Made by a program: the position numbers and the translations under genes. A stretch of DNA of 64,000 bases from Octopus vulgaris (lineage: Eukaryota). The DNA lies in the NCBI GenBank assembly GCA_951406725.2, contig OX597824.1:32612001-32676000 (forward strand), read 5' to 3'. Below are positions 53,137 through 64,000 of the stretch, piece by piece (the stretch's first letter is position 1; every line of letters begins with the position of its first letter). The notes below the pieces were generated by a model. It did no database searches and had not been told where the DNA came from. It saw only the letters and a list, made by a program, of their open reading frames with translations.

Positions 53137-53897
53137 GGGACATTAGAAAGCAGTATCAAACGTTGGTAAGAAACTCTCAATAGAACTGAACAACAGAAGA
53201 TCTTCAGAAAAGAAACCCCACCCATGCTCAGGTAAGTGTTTTTGTCCTTCAAAATCAAAGAAATAAAAAAGAAAAACGGTTTTGTTAAATTCTTGCAATT
53301 CTTTAACCTTTCGTGTTAATATTGGATTCTAATTTCTTGTTAAAGATTTATTTCAATTAACCAACCTAACTAAATATAAATAACATGCTTATTTCAAGAC
53401 AAGTTAATAGCTGAATTGGTAAAAAGCATCCAGCTGTAAAACATCTAATCCAGTATTTTATGTAAATGTACCAATGTACTTGGTTTTTGTATTGCAAGAT
53501 TCTTGATGTCAATCTGCTTTATACTGAACATGACAACCACAGAAATATGTCAACATTCTCTTTCATTAGGTCTCTGGCCCACCAGCTGTGAACAAGCATA
53601 GCAATATCTATTTCTAACTGACTTCTTACCAGAATATGCTTTCTTCATTACACCCCCACAAAGAAAAAAAATAAACACATAAAAACGCACACACAAAAAA
53701 AAAAACAAATAAATGAAACCTGTAGTAACCTGAGAATACTTAGAACTGTGTTGAATCTCTCTTAAATCTAGTATCTTCCAATTTGATGTGGAGTATAGAT
53801 TACTGCATATGAGATACATAACATTCTAGGTTGAAATATCTTTTGGAAAATATACTGGAGACAAATACAAATATGCTAATTTTAAAAATATGTTCGT

Positions 53898-54893
53898 TTA
53901 TCTTTTACTTGTTTTGGTCATTAGACTACGGCCATGCTGGGGCACAGCCTTGAAAAACATTTTTTGTCAAATGAATCTGCCTCAGTACTTATTTTTATCT
54001 TTTTTAAGGCTGCTGCTTATTCTATTGTTCTCTTATGTTGAACAGCTAAGTTACCTGGACATAAACACACCAATACCTCTTGTCAACTAGTAGTCAGGGA
54101 CAAATACAGACACAAAGACACATACACACACATACACATACACACACACAATGGTCTTCTTTCAGTTTCCATCTACCAAATCCGCTCACAAGGCTTTGGT
54201 TGGCCTGGAGTTATAGTAGAAAACACTTGCCCAAGGTACCAGTGGGATTGAACCTAGAACCATGTGGTTGGGAAACCTGAAATCTTTTTCTAACAGAGAT
54301 CTATTTTTTCTTAATGTGATAAACTATAAACTATAGATATTGTACCTGGTTTAAATATTTTATTTCTGAGAAAAATCATGATACCACCCCACCCTGTGCA
54401 CCTCATAATGCTCCTCCTCCTTGACATTTTCCACCCACTTCCTTGTGAACTCATAATACCCCAAATGAGGTGCTGCAGTTCAGCTTCTTACTATACACCC
54501 ATGCCTGTGCCTAAAGTGTTATAGAAATAGAGAAATTATAATTCTTACGGAAACACCTGCAGTTGATAAAATCAAACATTTGAGAAAGCTGATACAATAA
54601 AATTTGTAATAGGCGCAGGAGTGGCTGTGTGGTAAGTAGCTTGCATACCAGCCACATGGTTTCAGGTTCAGTCCCACTGTGTGGCACTTTGGACAAGTGA
54701 CTTCTATTATAGCCTTGAGCTGACCAAAGCCTTGTGAGTGGATTTCGTAGATGGAAACTGAAAGATGCTGGTGTGTTTACGTATCCGTAACTTAGCAGTT
54801 CGGTAAACAAGGCCGATAAAATAAGTACTAGGCTTACAAAGAATGCTCCAGAAACAAAGAATGCTCTGAAACAAGTAAAAGAGAGTAAGAGTA
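53898..54893. mobile_element. Inverted pair of SINE A copies
   Basis: Minus ~53898-54277, plus ~54610-54893. Confidence 0.8.
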
Positions 54894-55273
54894 ATTCACT
54901 AAAATCTTTTTAAATGTAACAAAATTTTTATTTTACATGAAGCTTACAAGAGACTTGGAGGTGTTAAGACTTTGATTAGATATTTAACTTTCATCATTTA
55001 GTATTCAGACTACTCTATCAAATCTAATGCTTATTTATTCAAATTATTTTGAATTAATGATACATTATTTTGTAGCTTTAAGATTTTGATGATGTGAATG
55101 TTATTTTTAGAATGACACTGTAGGATATGTGTGAGAAGCTGGATCTGGCAATTTTGGACCTAAAAATAGGTAGAATATTTTGGCCAGATATAGCTGGTTT
55201 AAAGGCTAAAGGATTAATTGCTAAATGTACAAAACAGGTACTTAACACTCTTGAGTACAAGGGTCAGGTCACT

Positions 55274-55985
55274 TACTAGGTCATCTCATAAATAATGCAG
55301 TTTTTTTATACTTCTTTTACTTTTCAAAATGAAGATAAACAAAGTTCTTTTTTAATCTAAAATATACTCTCTTTCATTTTCTACAATACTCTTCCATCTA
55401 GCTGGTAGATTTGCAAGGCCCCTCTTCCAAAATTCACTTGTCTGTGATGAAAAATACTCCTCCAGTATTGTTCTGACCTTGTCTACAGAATTCATATTTT
55501 TTCTATCCAAATGATTTTGAAGACTGTGGAATAAATGATTAAATGTCTGGCGAATATGGTAGGTAGGGCATTGTCTCCCATTCAAACTTCTCCACCCTTT
55601 GGAATGTCATCCTCACTGTATATGACGGACCATTATCCTGATGGAAGAAAACCTTTCATCTTGAAACCTAAGATGGTCATTTTCTGATGGCATGGAGATG
55701 TCAATGAATGGTTGAATGACCAAATCCAAGCTTTTCTACTAGTTCCTCAACAGTTACAATGGGATTTTGTTACACCAGGATTTGAAGGACGTCCTCGTTC
55801 AGTTCTACAGATCTTCCAGGATGAGGCTTGTCTTCTAGGCTGTAGTTTCTGGAGTGGAATTTCTGGAACCACTGTTGACATTGGCTTATGCTTATTGTCT
55901 GATCCCCATATACTGCATTAATATTCCTCACACTTTCCATTGTGTCGTTGCCTTTATTGTACTTATAAAACAAAATATGTTGCAT
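55274..55985 (-). mobile_element. Mariner relic with an internal deletion and one TIR
   Basis: HILFYKYNKG...AVYGD...QWFQKF...LEDKPHPGR; FHQDN...PYSPD...HLFHSLQNHL...LPARWKSIVENEREYILD*; TIR ta-ctaggtcatctcataaataatgc. Confidence 0.9.
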
Positions 55986-56264
55986 GGTTTTTCTTATTTT
56001 TTATGTAGTTAATAATTCTTAATTCAAGAAAGCCTTTCTTAAAAAAGCATGACTGTATCAAGTATTCATTGCTAAAACTTTATATGATGAGCTTTCTCTC
56101 AGTTCCAGGTTCAAAATTCCAGTCACATAGTATCATTCAGTTTGATGTCATGGTAGCAGATCCTTGTTCAAAGTACCCCACAATGGGACAAAATTCACGA
56201 CCATATGATTGTGAAGAGAACTTCTTAATTATGGTTGGGTTAATTTAGAATTACACGTACATAC

Positions 56265-56897
56265 GTGTGTGTGTATCTTTATGCCTGTGTTTGCCCGTCA
56301 CCACTACTTGACAACTGGTGTTGGTGTGTTTACATCCCTGTAACTTAGTGATTTGGCAAAAGAGACCGATAGAATAAGTACCCTTTTAAAAATAATATAA
56401 GTACTGGGGTCAATTCATTCGACTAAGATTTTTCAAGGTGGTGCCCCAGCAGTGACCACAGTCTAATGACTGAAACAAGTAAAAATTAAAAGATAAAAGA
56501 TAGGCATAAGAGTGGCTGGGTGGTAAGTAGCTTGCTTACGAACCACATGGTTCTGGGTTCAGTCCCACTGCATGGCACCTTGGCCAAGTGTCTTCTACTA
56601 TAGCTTCGGGCCGACCAAAGCCTTGAGAGTGGATTTGGGAAACAGAAACTGAAAGAAGCCCGTCATATATATGCTTATATATATGTATGTATGTGTGTGT
56701 TTGCCCCTCCAACATTACTTGACAACCGAAGCTGGTGTGTTTATGTCCCTGTAACTTAGCGGGTCAGCAAAAGAGACCGATAGAATAAGTATTAGGCTTG
56801 CAAACAATAAGTCCTGGGGTCGATTGCTCGACTAAATGCGGTGCTCCAGCATGGCCACAATCAAATGACTGAATCAAGTAAAAGTGTAAAAGAGTAA
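56265..56897 (+). mobile_element. Two SINE A copies in tandem
   Basis: A 3' half followed directly by a full copy starting ~56502. Confidence 0.85.
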
Positions 56898-57456
56898 ATG
56901 TTACAAATCCTTCTTTGCATCTTGTACAATTTTTATTATTGTTAGCTCTGTTAGATTATTCTAACAGAGCTATTAGTATGTACAAACTATTTGTAACCAA
57001 TTCCTTTATTGATAATTTCAGCACATTTTCTTATTACCAAAGCTACAAGACATCGTGCTCATCATTAATATTTAACAAACAATGCAGCATAAAGATCTCA
57101 TTCACAATAATACTATTATTGATGATTTGTTTGTTATTTTATTTGGTCTTTTGCTGAAGATATTCCAAGAGACAAGAACAATTGTTTAAAAGAGAAAACT
57201 CAATCGTACTGTGCATAGTTTATTGGGCAGTGAGCTGCTAGAATCATTAGCATATCAGGCAAAATGCATAGTGGCAATTCACATGTCTTTATGTTCTGAG
57301 TTCAAATTCTGGTGAGGCTACCTTTGCCTTTTTTCTTTTACGGGTCGATAAAATAATTACCAGTTGAACTCTAGGGTCAATGCAATTGGTGCTGTAGTTG
57401 CATGGCTGTCTGGTGCGTGTGAATATATGTATGTGTGAGTTTGTTTGTGTGTGTGT

Positions 57457-57503
<47 letters not shown>

Positions 57504-59684
57504 TGTGTGCTTGTGCAAAACTGGTCAGTTTTGTAATTCTGAATCAGGCCTTCTAACAGAGGAGCAAGAGAAAGATCTTAACAAATATTGAGAAATTCCT
57601 TTCTCTGTCTGACTCAGTAATATGAAATATTGTGTTGCCTAAGCATGTGTCATTCTGACTCAAGTTTCTGGAATCTGAGTAGTTATCATACAGTACTCCA
57701 AGACATCCAGCTGTTCAAGGTTTCAGTAGAAGATGCTTGTTCATAGTACTGTGCTATAGAATTGAACAAGAAACCATGTTGTTGTGAGGTAAACATCTTA
57801 ACCAGCACACAAAATTAGGTCTGAACTTGTCTTAGTCAGTGGAAGAAGATACAGACACCCAAGACCCTTTTCAGAAATAGGTGGGATGAAGGAAGTTATT
57901 CTCAAACTGGAGATTTGACCCAAATGTTTGCAACAGTGTCCCCCTTTATCACCACTAAGTGTACACAAGGCCCACAATGGTGGTGTGAAACCTAGCTACA
58001 GGTTAGTGGAATAACAAGTGTGTATGTGTGCCAACCAGAGCAGATCTTGAAGTTCCCTCTCTTCACAGGTCCTTGGGCCTATATTGGCTTATACAGAAGA
58101 CCTACAGGTGCCACCCCATAAGGTGCCACCCTAGGGCAAAACACACCACGTCATCCCATTACTATAGACTAAGTTTGCCATCTAAAAATAGGAACAATCA
58201 TTTAGACCACAGTTTCTGTCAATCAAATTTCATTTGCAAGGCTTTGGTCTATCCCACTTCCAAGGCTTCAATAGATGTCAAAGATGGTAGTACAGTAGGA
58301 TCGAACCTAAAAACCTTTAGTTGTGGAGTGAATTCATTAACCACATGGTCAAGTCTTTTGACACTGACACAAGGAGAAGAATACTCCAAAATTTAGAGTT
58401 AAATTTTGATTTTGTTATATACTTTACCTAGGTGTGAGGGCACAATGGTATGATAGCCCAGTGAGAGAATCAGTTATAGGTAACATGTGGCCCACAAGAC
58501 TTTCTGAATGGCACTCCTGATGAAAAATTATCCTTAATTTTTTAGTGGTGTCGCCCACCAAATAATGAGCCATGTCTCATGTGACCAGCTTCTTGCAAAC
58601 AACAACCCTTGTCTGCTCTAAATACTTATTCAGCATGCTAGAAAAAGCAGCCAAATCTTTCTCATACCCCTACTGTTTTAAATCAGGAAAGGACAAAATA
58701 GATAATGTGATCTTAGATACCTCTACACAAAGACACAATAGTCACGGCTGGATTGTCTTTGATCTATGTAATACAATCCTAACTACTTCTTCAAAGACAG
58801 AGGTCACGGCTGGAATGAGCATAAGTCTTCTGAATCAGAGCTAACTTTAGGCTAAATAGCAACAGAATCAGATAAGTTCTGCACCGACCACTTTCAGAGA
58901 CTGATATTTTTATATTAAATATATTAGCCATGAATAGAAGCTTTTTTGTTATAACTTTGCTCTAAATAGTCACAAAAGCATTAAAGAATCCGAAACCCAT
59001 TCAAGAATTAGCATTAATGATTTTCTTTTCATTATGGATATAATTATAATTTTAATTGATTAAAATATATTTTTGGCTCTCTATATTAAGGTTATTAGCC
59101 ATTGTTCATTATATAGTACTGCTGGTAAGCTACTAAGTCTTCTCATCACTTATACAATAGTTGAGTGTATTTCTCTGTTAATAATCAAATCTTTATCTAA
59201 CATGATTTAGATACAAGACTGGTGAAGTGCATCTATTTTTTTCTTTAATGTATGTATGTGAGCATGTGTATATGTGTGTATGTGAGCATGCATGTGTGTA
59301 TGTTTGTGTGTATGCATGAGTGTGTATGTATGTAGAGTTCAGATAAGATTGTATCTAACGATGTAATGTAATAAGTTCATACAATAAGTGGTGCCTAAAA
59401 CTTCAGCTTGAGCTGCCACTGAATCAAAAAGCAATAGTGTTGTAGCTGCCTACCAATGAATGGCTATATGTGATTTATCATTGAGCAGGTGTGTATACAG
59501 TAGAATGAAAGTATGGACAAGCAAACAACTGGTGTAAGTTTAGAACATGGCATTTATATATTTAAACATAATTGCTAAGTTGTCGCAACAGAGTAAGTAA
59601 ATCATAAGAAATAAGGTAGTAAGAAGGTATACTCTTTACTCTTTTACTTGTTTCCGCCATTTGACTGTGGCCATGTTGGAGCAC

Positions 59685-60222
59685 CAGAAGCATCAGATGT
59701 GGTGAGCAAGAGAGACAACTGTATTGGTATGGTCATGTGTTATGTATGGATGAGGACAGCTGTTTGGAAAAGTGTCATACCCTAGTAGTAGAGGGAATCT
59801 GTAGAAGAGGTGGACCAAGGAAGACCTTCAAAAGTTGGGCCTCATGGAGGAGATAGCAAGTAACTGAGACATTTGGAGATATACTGTACTTGAGAAGACC
59901 CAGCAAGCCAAGTGAGACCGTAACTGTGGCCTATGTCAGTGCAGCATAACCAGACCACTTAAGAGTATGCTTGCAAAGACCTATTGAGGCATGTGAAGAC
60001 ATTGTCATGGCCGATGACAATACCGACTGATTGGCACCTGTACTAGTGGCACATAAAAAGCACCAGTTAAGCATGATTGTTGCCACTGCTGGCTGTCTGG
60101 CTCCCGTGCTGGTGGCACATAAAATGCACCGTTCAAGCATGGCTGATGCCAGTACTGCCAGACTGGCCCTTGGGCTGGAGGCATGTAAAAAGCACCCACT
60201 ACAATCTCAGAGTGGTTGGCAT
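59685..60222 (+). mobile_element. RTE ORF end plus 3' UTR with tandem repeats
   Basis: SIRCGEQERQLYWYGHVLCMDEDSCLEKCHTLVVEGICRRGGPRKT. Confidence 0.85.
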
Positions 60223-60623
60223 TATATATATATATATATATATACACTGGCGAAAATAAATTTAAGACCGATGATAAAAGTTCTATTTCTTACAAAATAT
60301 TTTGTTACTAACACCATGCAAATTATTTTCATCTTTTACACCTTATGCAGAATTTATTTCTCTTTTGAATGATGCAGACAATAACTATTTTTATACAACT
60401 TGAAGAATTCTAATGCTAAATTAATATAAACATTTAGATTTACTGGCAAAATATGTATGTTTATATATACACACATGCACACACACATATATGCATACAC
60501 ATACACATACATAGATATATACATGCATACTCATACATACCTGCATGTATCTGTTTGCATGTTCATACATGCATACATATACATACATATATATATATAT
60601 ATATAGATATATATATATATATG

Positions 60624-60876
60624 TTAAAATTATAATTTAGGGTATCTAAGAGATACCACCACGCTGGAAATAACAGCCAAATCCTGACTCTAAAACAACA
60701 TAAACTAGCAAAATATTACTGGATAATTCCAGATCCTGGATTTCTGTAATTTTTTTGCTAATCTATTTTGTCCTTTTGTCTTCTCTCCTGGTGCTGTATG
60801 AACATTTTAGGGCCAGGTTTTGGCTGCTATTTCCAGCATGGCAGTATCTCTTAGATACCCTAAATTATAATTTTAA
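60624..60876. repeat. Inverted-repeat element, ~70-bp arms (outer 33 bp perfect)
   Basis: ttaaaattataatttagggtatctaagagatac ... gtatctcttagataccctaaattataattttaa. Confidence 0.92.
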
Positions 60877-60989
60877 TAATAATTATTACCTTTGAAGGTT
60901 TTATTCCCATGCTGGCCACTTGATAAGATCGATGTTTAAATCAACCATCTTATCCTTATTTTTATATATATAAAATATATAATATATAA

Positions 60990-61260
60990 ATTAAATGATT
61001 GTGATCCTAAAGTAAGAAGTGGGTGGGGTTAGATAAGGATTTAGATTTTCAATGAAGATTCATAAGTTTCGGGGGAGATTACCTATGGTGTATTGTGGGA
61101 ATATACTGTGTGGTTCTTCAGGCATTTAGATTTGTGGTAGGATTTGAAGGTGAGAAAAAAGTGGTCGTTGCATGTGCTTAGGGCCTCATTATGTTTGTTT
61201 AGTAGTGTAGAAGAGTTGTGCTTCAATATATGGAATGCCTCCTTCAGCCAAAACTTACAT
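60990..61260 (-). mobile_element. Penelope-like element relic: end of GIY-YIG-type ORF followed by a decayed hammerhead
   Basis: CKFWLKEAFHILKHNSSTLLNKHNEALSTCNDH resembles the PLE CxLCLxE..IL....LLNxRxE....CxH motif; then aatgc-CTGAAGA...GAAAC-ttatga-ATC-ttcatt. Confidence 0.6.
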
Positions 61261-62164
61261 AGATAGATAGGAAGATAGATAGATAAATAGGAAGATAGAT
61301 AGATAGGTAGTTAGATGCCTACATACATACATGCATACATACATGCATACATACATACATACATACATACATACATACATACATACATACATACATACAT
61401 ACATACATACATACATACATACATTTGTAACTATACACTCATTTGTTCACATCCCAAAAATTATATGAGGGAAGCATGAAAACAACCCAGTCCATACCCT
61501 CATATCTATAGGCATGAATACAGGTGAAATGGATGTGGTGGTGGTGTTGGGGGAAGAGGCAGGAAACATGAGGAATGAAAAATATTCCTTAAAATCTAAA
61601 GGGGTGGAGAGGTTCTAAGGTGGAAGATAATCTGTTAATGTTGTTTGTGTCTGCTGGAGTATGATGTACTGTAGTGGTGAGAAATATGTGGGTACCAAGA
61701 AGCGGTGATGGAATGGACTGGTATACAGAAATGGTGAACCACAGTTTGGTCCACTGGGTATCAGTTGATACTGTAAAGGTGCTCAAGGAACCCAATCAGT
61801 TAAATGGAGACCTGAAGGCCTACTACACCAATGTTTTGCCTTAGGCTCTCAAATACTGATTCAGTTGTAGGGATATAGACAATAGTGTAACTAGGTGATG
61901 GAGGGGTGGTCTGCCCCAAGTGACGCTCTATGGGTACTTTCGGGTGTACTTTATAAGAATGTGTAGGGAATAATGAAAGGAAAAGAACAAGCTGATGGGC
62001 TGCTCCAGGCATCACTCACTAAAGCTATACCACTGGACATGGTGGTGACATAAGGTACCCTAGAGTGATTTTAGACCTGGTGGAACCCATACATAGCTGT
62101 TACTATGTAGACTAACATTTTTTGACTGAAATAATCTTCTGATGATGTGCCTTTGTGCTTGAAA

Positions 62165-62330
62165 TCATCATCATCATCATCATCGTTTAACGTCCGCTTT
62201 CCATGCTAGCATAGGTTGGACGATTTGACTGAGGTCTGGTGAACCAGATGGCTGCATCTGACTCCAGTCTGATCTGGCAGAGTTTCTACAGCTGGATGCC
62301 CTTCCTAACGCCAACCACTCCAAGAGTGCA
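62165..62330 (-). mobile_element. RTE 3' tail
   Basis: (CAT)n cgtttaacgtccgctttccatgctagc. Confidence 0.85.
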
Positions 62331-62418
62331 GAAGTATATAAAGATGATCAAATATTGTCTTCTCATTGTAAGAGGCTCTCCACCTTCATTATTTTGTTAT
62401 TTTATTTCTTTTTTGTGA

Positions 62419-62990
62419 AGGCGCCTGGTTTAGTGATTAGGGTATTTGGTTCATGATCATAAGGTCATCAGGTTGATTCCTGGTGACACATTGTGTCCTT
62501 GGGCAAAACACTTTATTTCATGTTGCACCAGTCCACTCAGCTGGTGACAATGAGTCCTGTAATTCAAAAAGGCCAGCCTTGTTACATTCCGTGTTACACT
62601 GACTCTCTCTGGAATCTACATTAAGTGTATACATGCCTATGGAATGTTCAGCTACTTGCACATTAATTTCTTATTTCTTAATTGCCCACAAGAGGCTAAA
62701 CATAGAGGGGACAAACAAGGACAGACAAGGGTATTAAGTCGATTACATCAACCCCAGTGCGTAACTGGTACTTATTTAATCGACCCTGAAAGGATGAAAG
62801 GCAGAGTCGACCTCAGCAGAATTTAAACTCGGAACGTAATGGCAAATGAAATACCGCTAAGCACTTTGCTCAGCGTGCTAACATTTCTGCCAGCTTGCCA
62901 CCTTTGCACATTAATTTTATGAGCTGGCCATTCCATTGACAGGATCAACTGGAATACTTGTCCTCACTGATGGAGTACCAGGCAACTTCT
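62419..62990. mobile_element. SINE D with a nested SINE B (~62670-62903, minus) and 14-bp TSD
   Basis: ttgcacattaattt on both sides of the nested copy. Confidence 0.85.
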
Positions 62991-63871
62991 TTACCAGATT
63001 GCTTCAAGAAACCTACATGATTCTTCTTTCAAATGTAATTCCAAGATGTATATGTTATTCTAGAAACACTTAGAAACACATACACACAAACCAAACACAT
63101 AGCATTTACAGAAACCAAAGAAATCTATTAACGAGTTGTAATGCTTCCATTTTGGTCCATATTTCACTTCTGAAGTGCTTTCATGTAAAACAAGAAACAA
63201 CCAGCAAGAGAGCTGGAGCAGATAATTCAAACATCAGTGGTTGGTCTCCCTGGGATAAATATATTTGTTATCCATCTTCTGCTGTGGGAAGATATCTAAC
63301 ATTGTATGAAGATATCAACAACCAAAGAATAAACGAGCTTTCTATATGATTGTTTGATACTAGAAATATACTAGAAATAGCAAACAAATTTCTCTCAAAT
63401 TACATTCTTCTGTCTTAGAAGATGTAGAAAATATTGGATTATGAAGTTGTTATGTAGAGAGACTGAACAAAATTAATTACGAAAATGCCTTTGTCCATTG
63501 TTTTATCTGCACTGTTAAGCCTAACCTGGGATGTGGCAGACTAAACCACCACCACCACCACCACCACCACAACCACTACTACTACTATATTTGTAATCAA
63601 ATTTGGAATTAAATACATTATAGAAAGAGAAATGAAATAATTTTTGAGTTAACATATAACAGAATAAAACTTCGAAGTTACTGTCACCCCTTTTCTTGTA
63701 AATGTTTCATCAACCTTGCAAAAAGTATTTAGTAATTTCTCAGTTTAATGTCAAATTGCTTTTATGTATAACTTGACATCAAAATAAGCATCTATATATA
63801 CATATATATATATATACACACATACATATATACATACATATACACACATACATATATACATACATATACAC

Positions 63872-63922
<51 letters not shown>

Positions 63923-64000
63923 AATTTTTATTTATTTATGGGTGATGGAAAATTCTCAATCGGGGAAAAATAGTATTACATTGGAAAAAATGTTAGACGC

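Noticed and set aside
53180-53240. Plus-strand exon with a perfect cag|gtaagt donor (antisense gene)
   Set aside because: No convincing acceptor, partner exon or recognisable peptide
11565-60635. Many ORFs rich in HT, YI, CV, MYVC, poly-I or poly-N
   Set aside because: Translations of (CA)n, (TA)n, (CATA)n and (TAA)n microsatellites
51952-64000. RyR exon 1 ending in FLRT
   Set aside because: No such sequence with a donor site found; probably beyond the window

Overview
Eukaryotic, AT-rich and very repeat-dense DNA. The SINE/RTE families and the microsatellite load point to an octopus (coleoid cephalopod) genome; this is inferred, not searched. The only host gene I can support is a ryanodine receptor (RyR) on the minus strand. 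Four short exons (51951-51826, 34519-34418, 14453-14382, 7604-7529) have canonical AG/GT ends and splice in frame to [42 protein letters not shown]|[34 protein letters not shown]|ATQSGHRTLLYGHAVLLRHLHSSM|[25 protein letters not shown](G), the N-terminal domain. I did not find exon 1 or the next exon (expected EACWW...), so the whole window is probably inside this gene. The introns hold several tRNA-derived SINE families, RTE, CR1/L2-like and R4/Dong LINE relics, three mariner relics, MITEs and a Helentron-type element. The most unusual signal is a dispersed set of microsatellite-flanked, often fold-back, elements carrying decayed or half hammerhead-ribozyme motifs of the Penelope/retrozyme type. 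Nearly all ORFs in the supplied track are microsatellite or repeat artefacts. Exon coordinates are exact; repeat boundaries are approximate.
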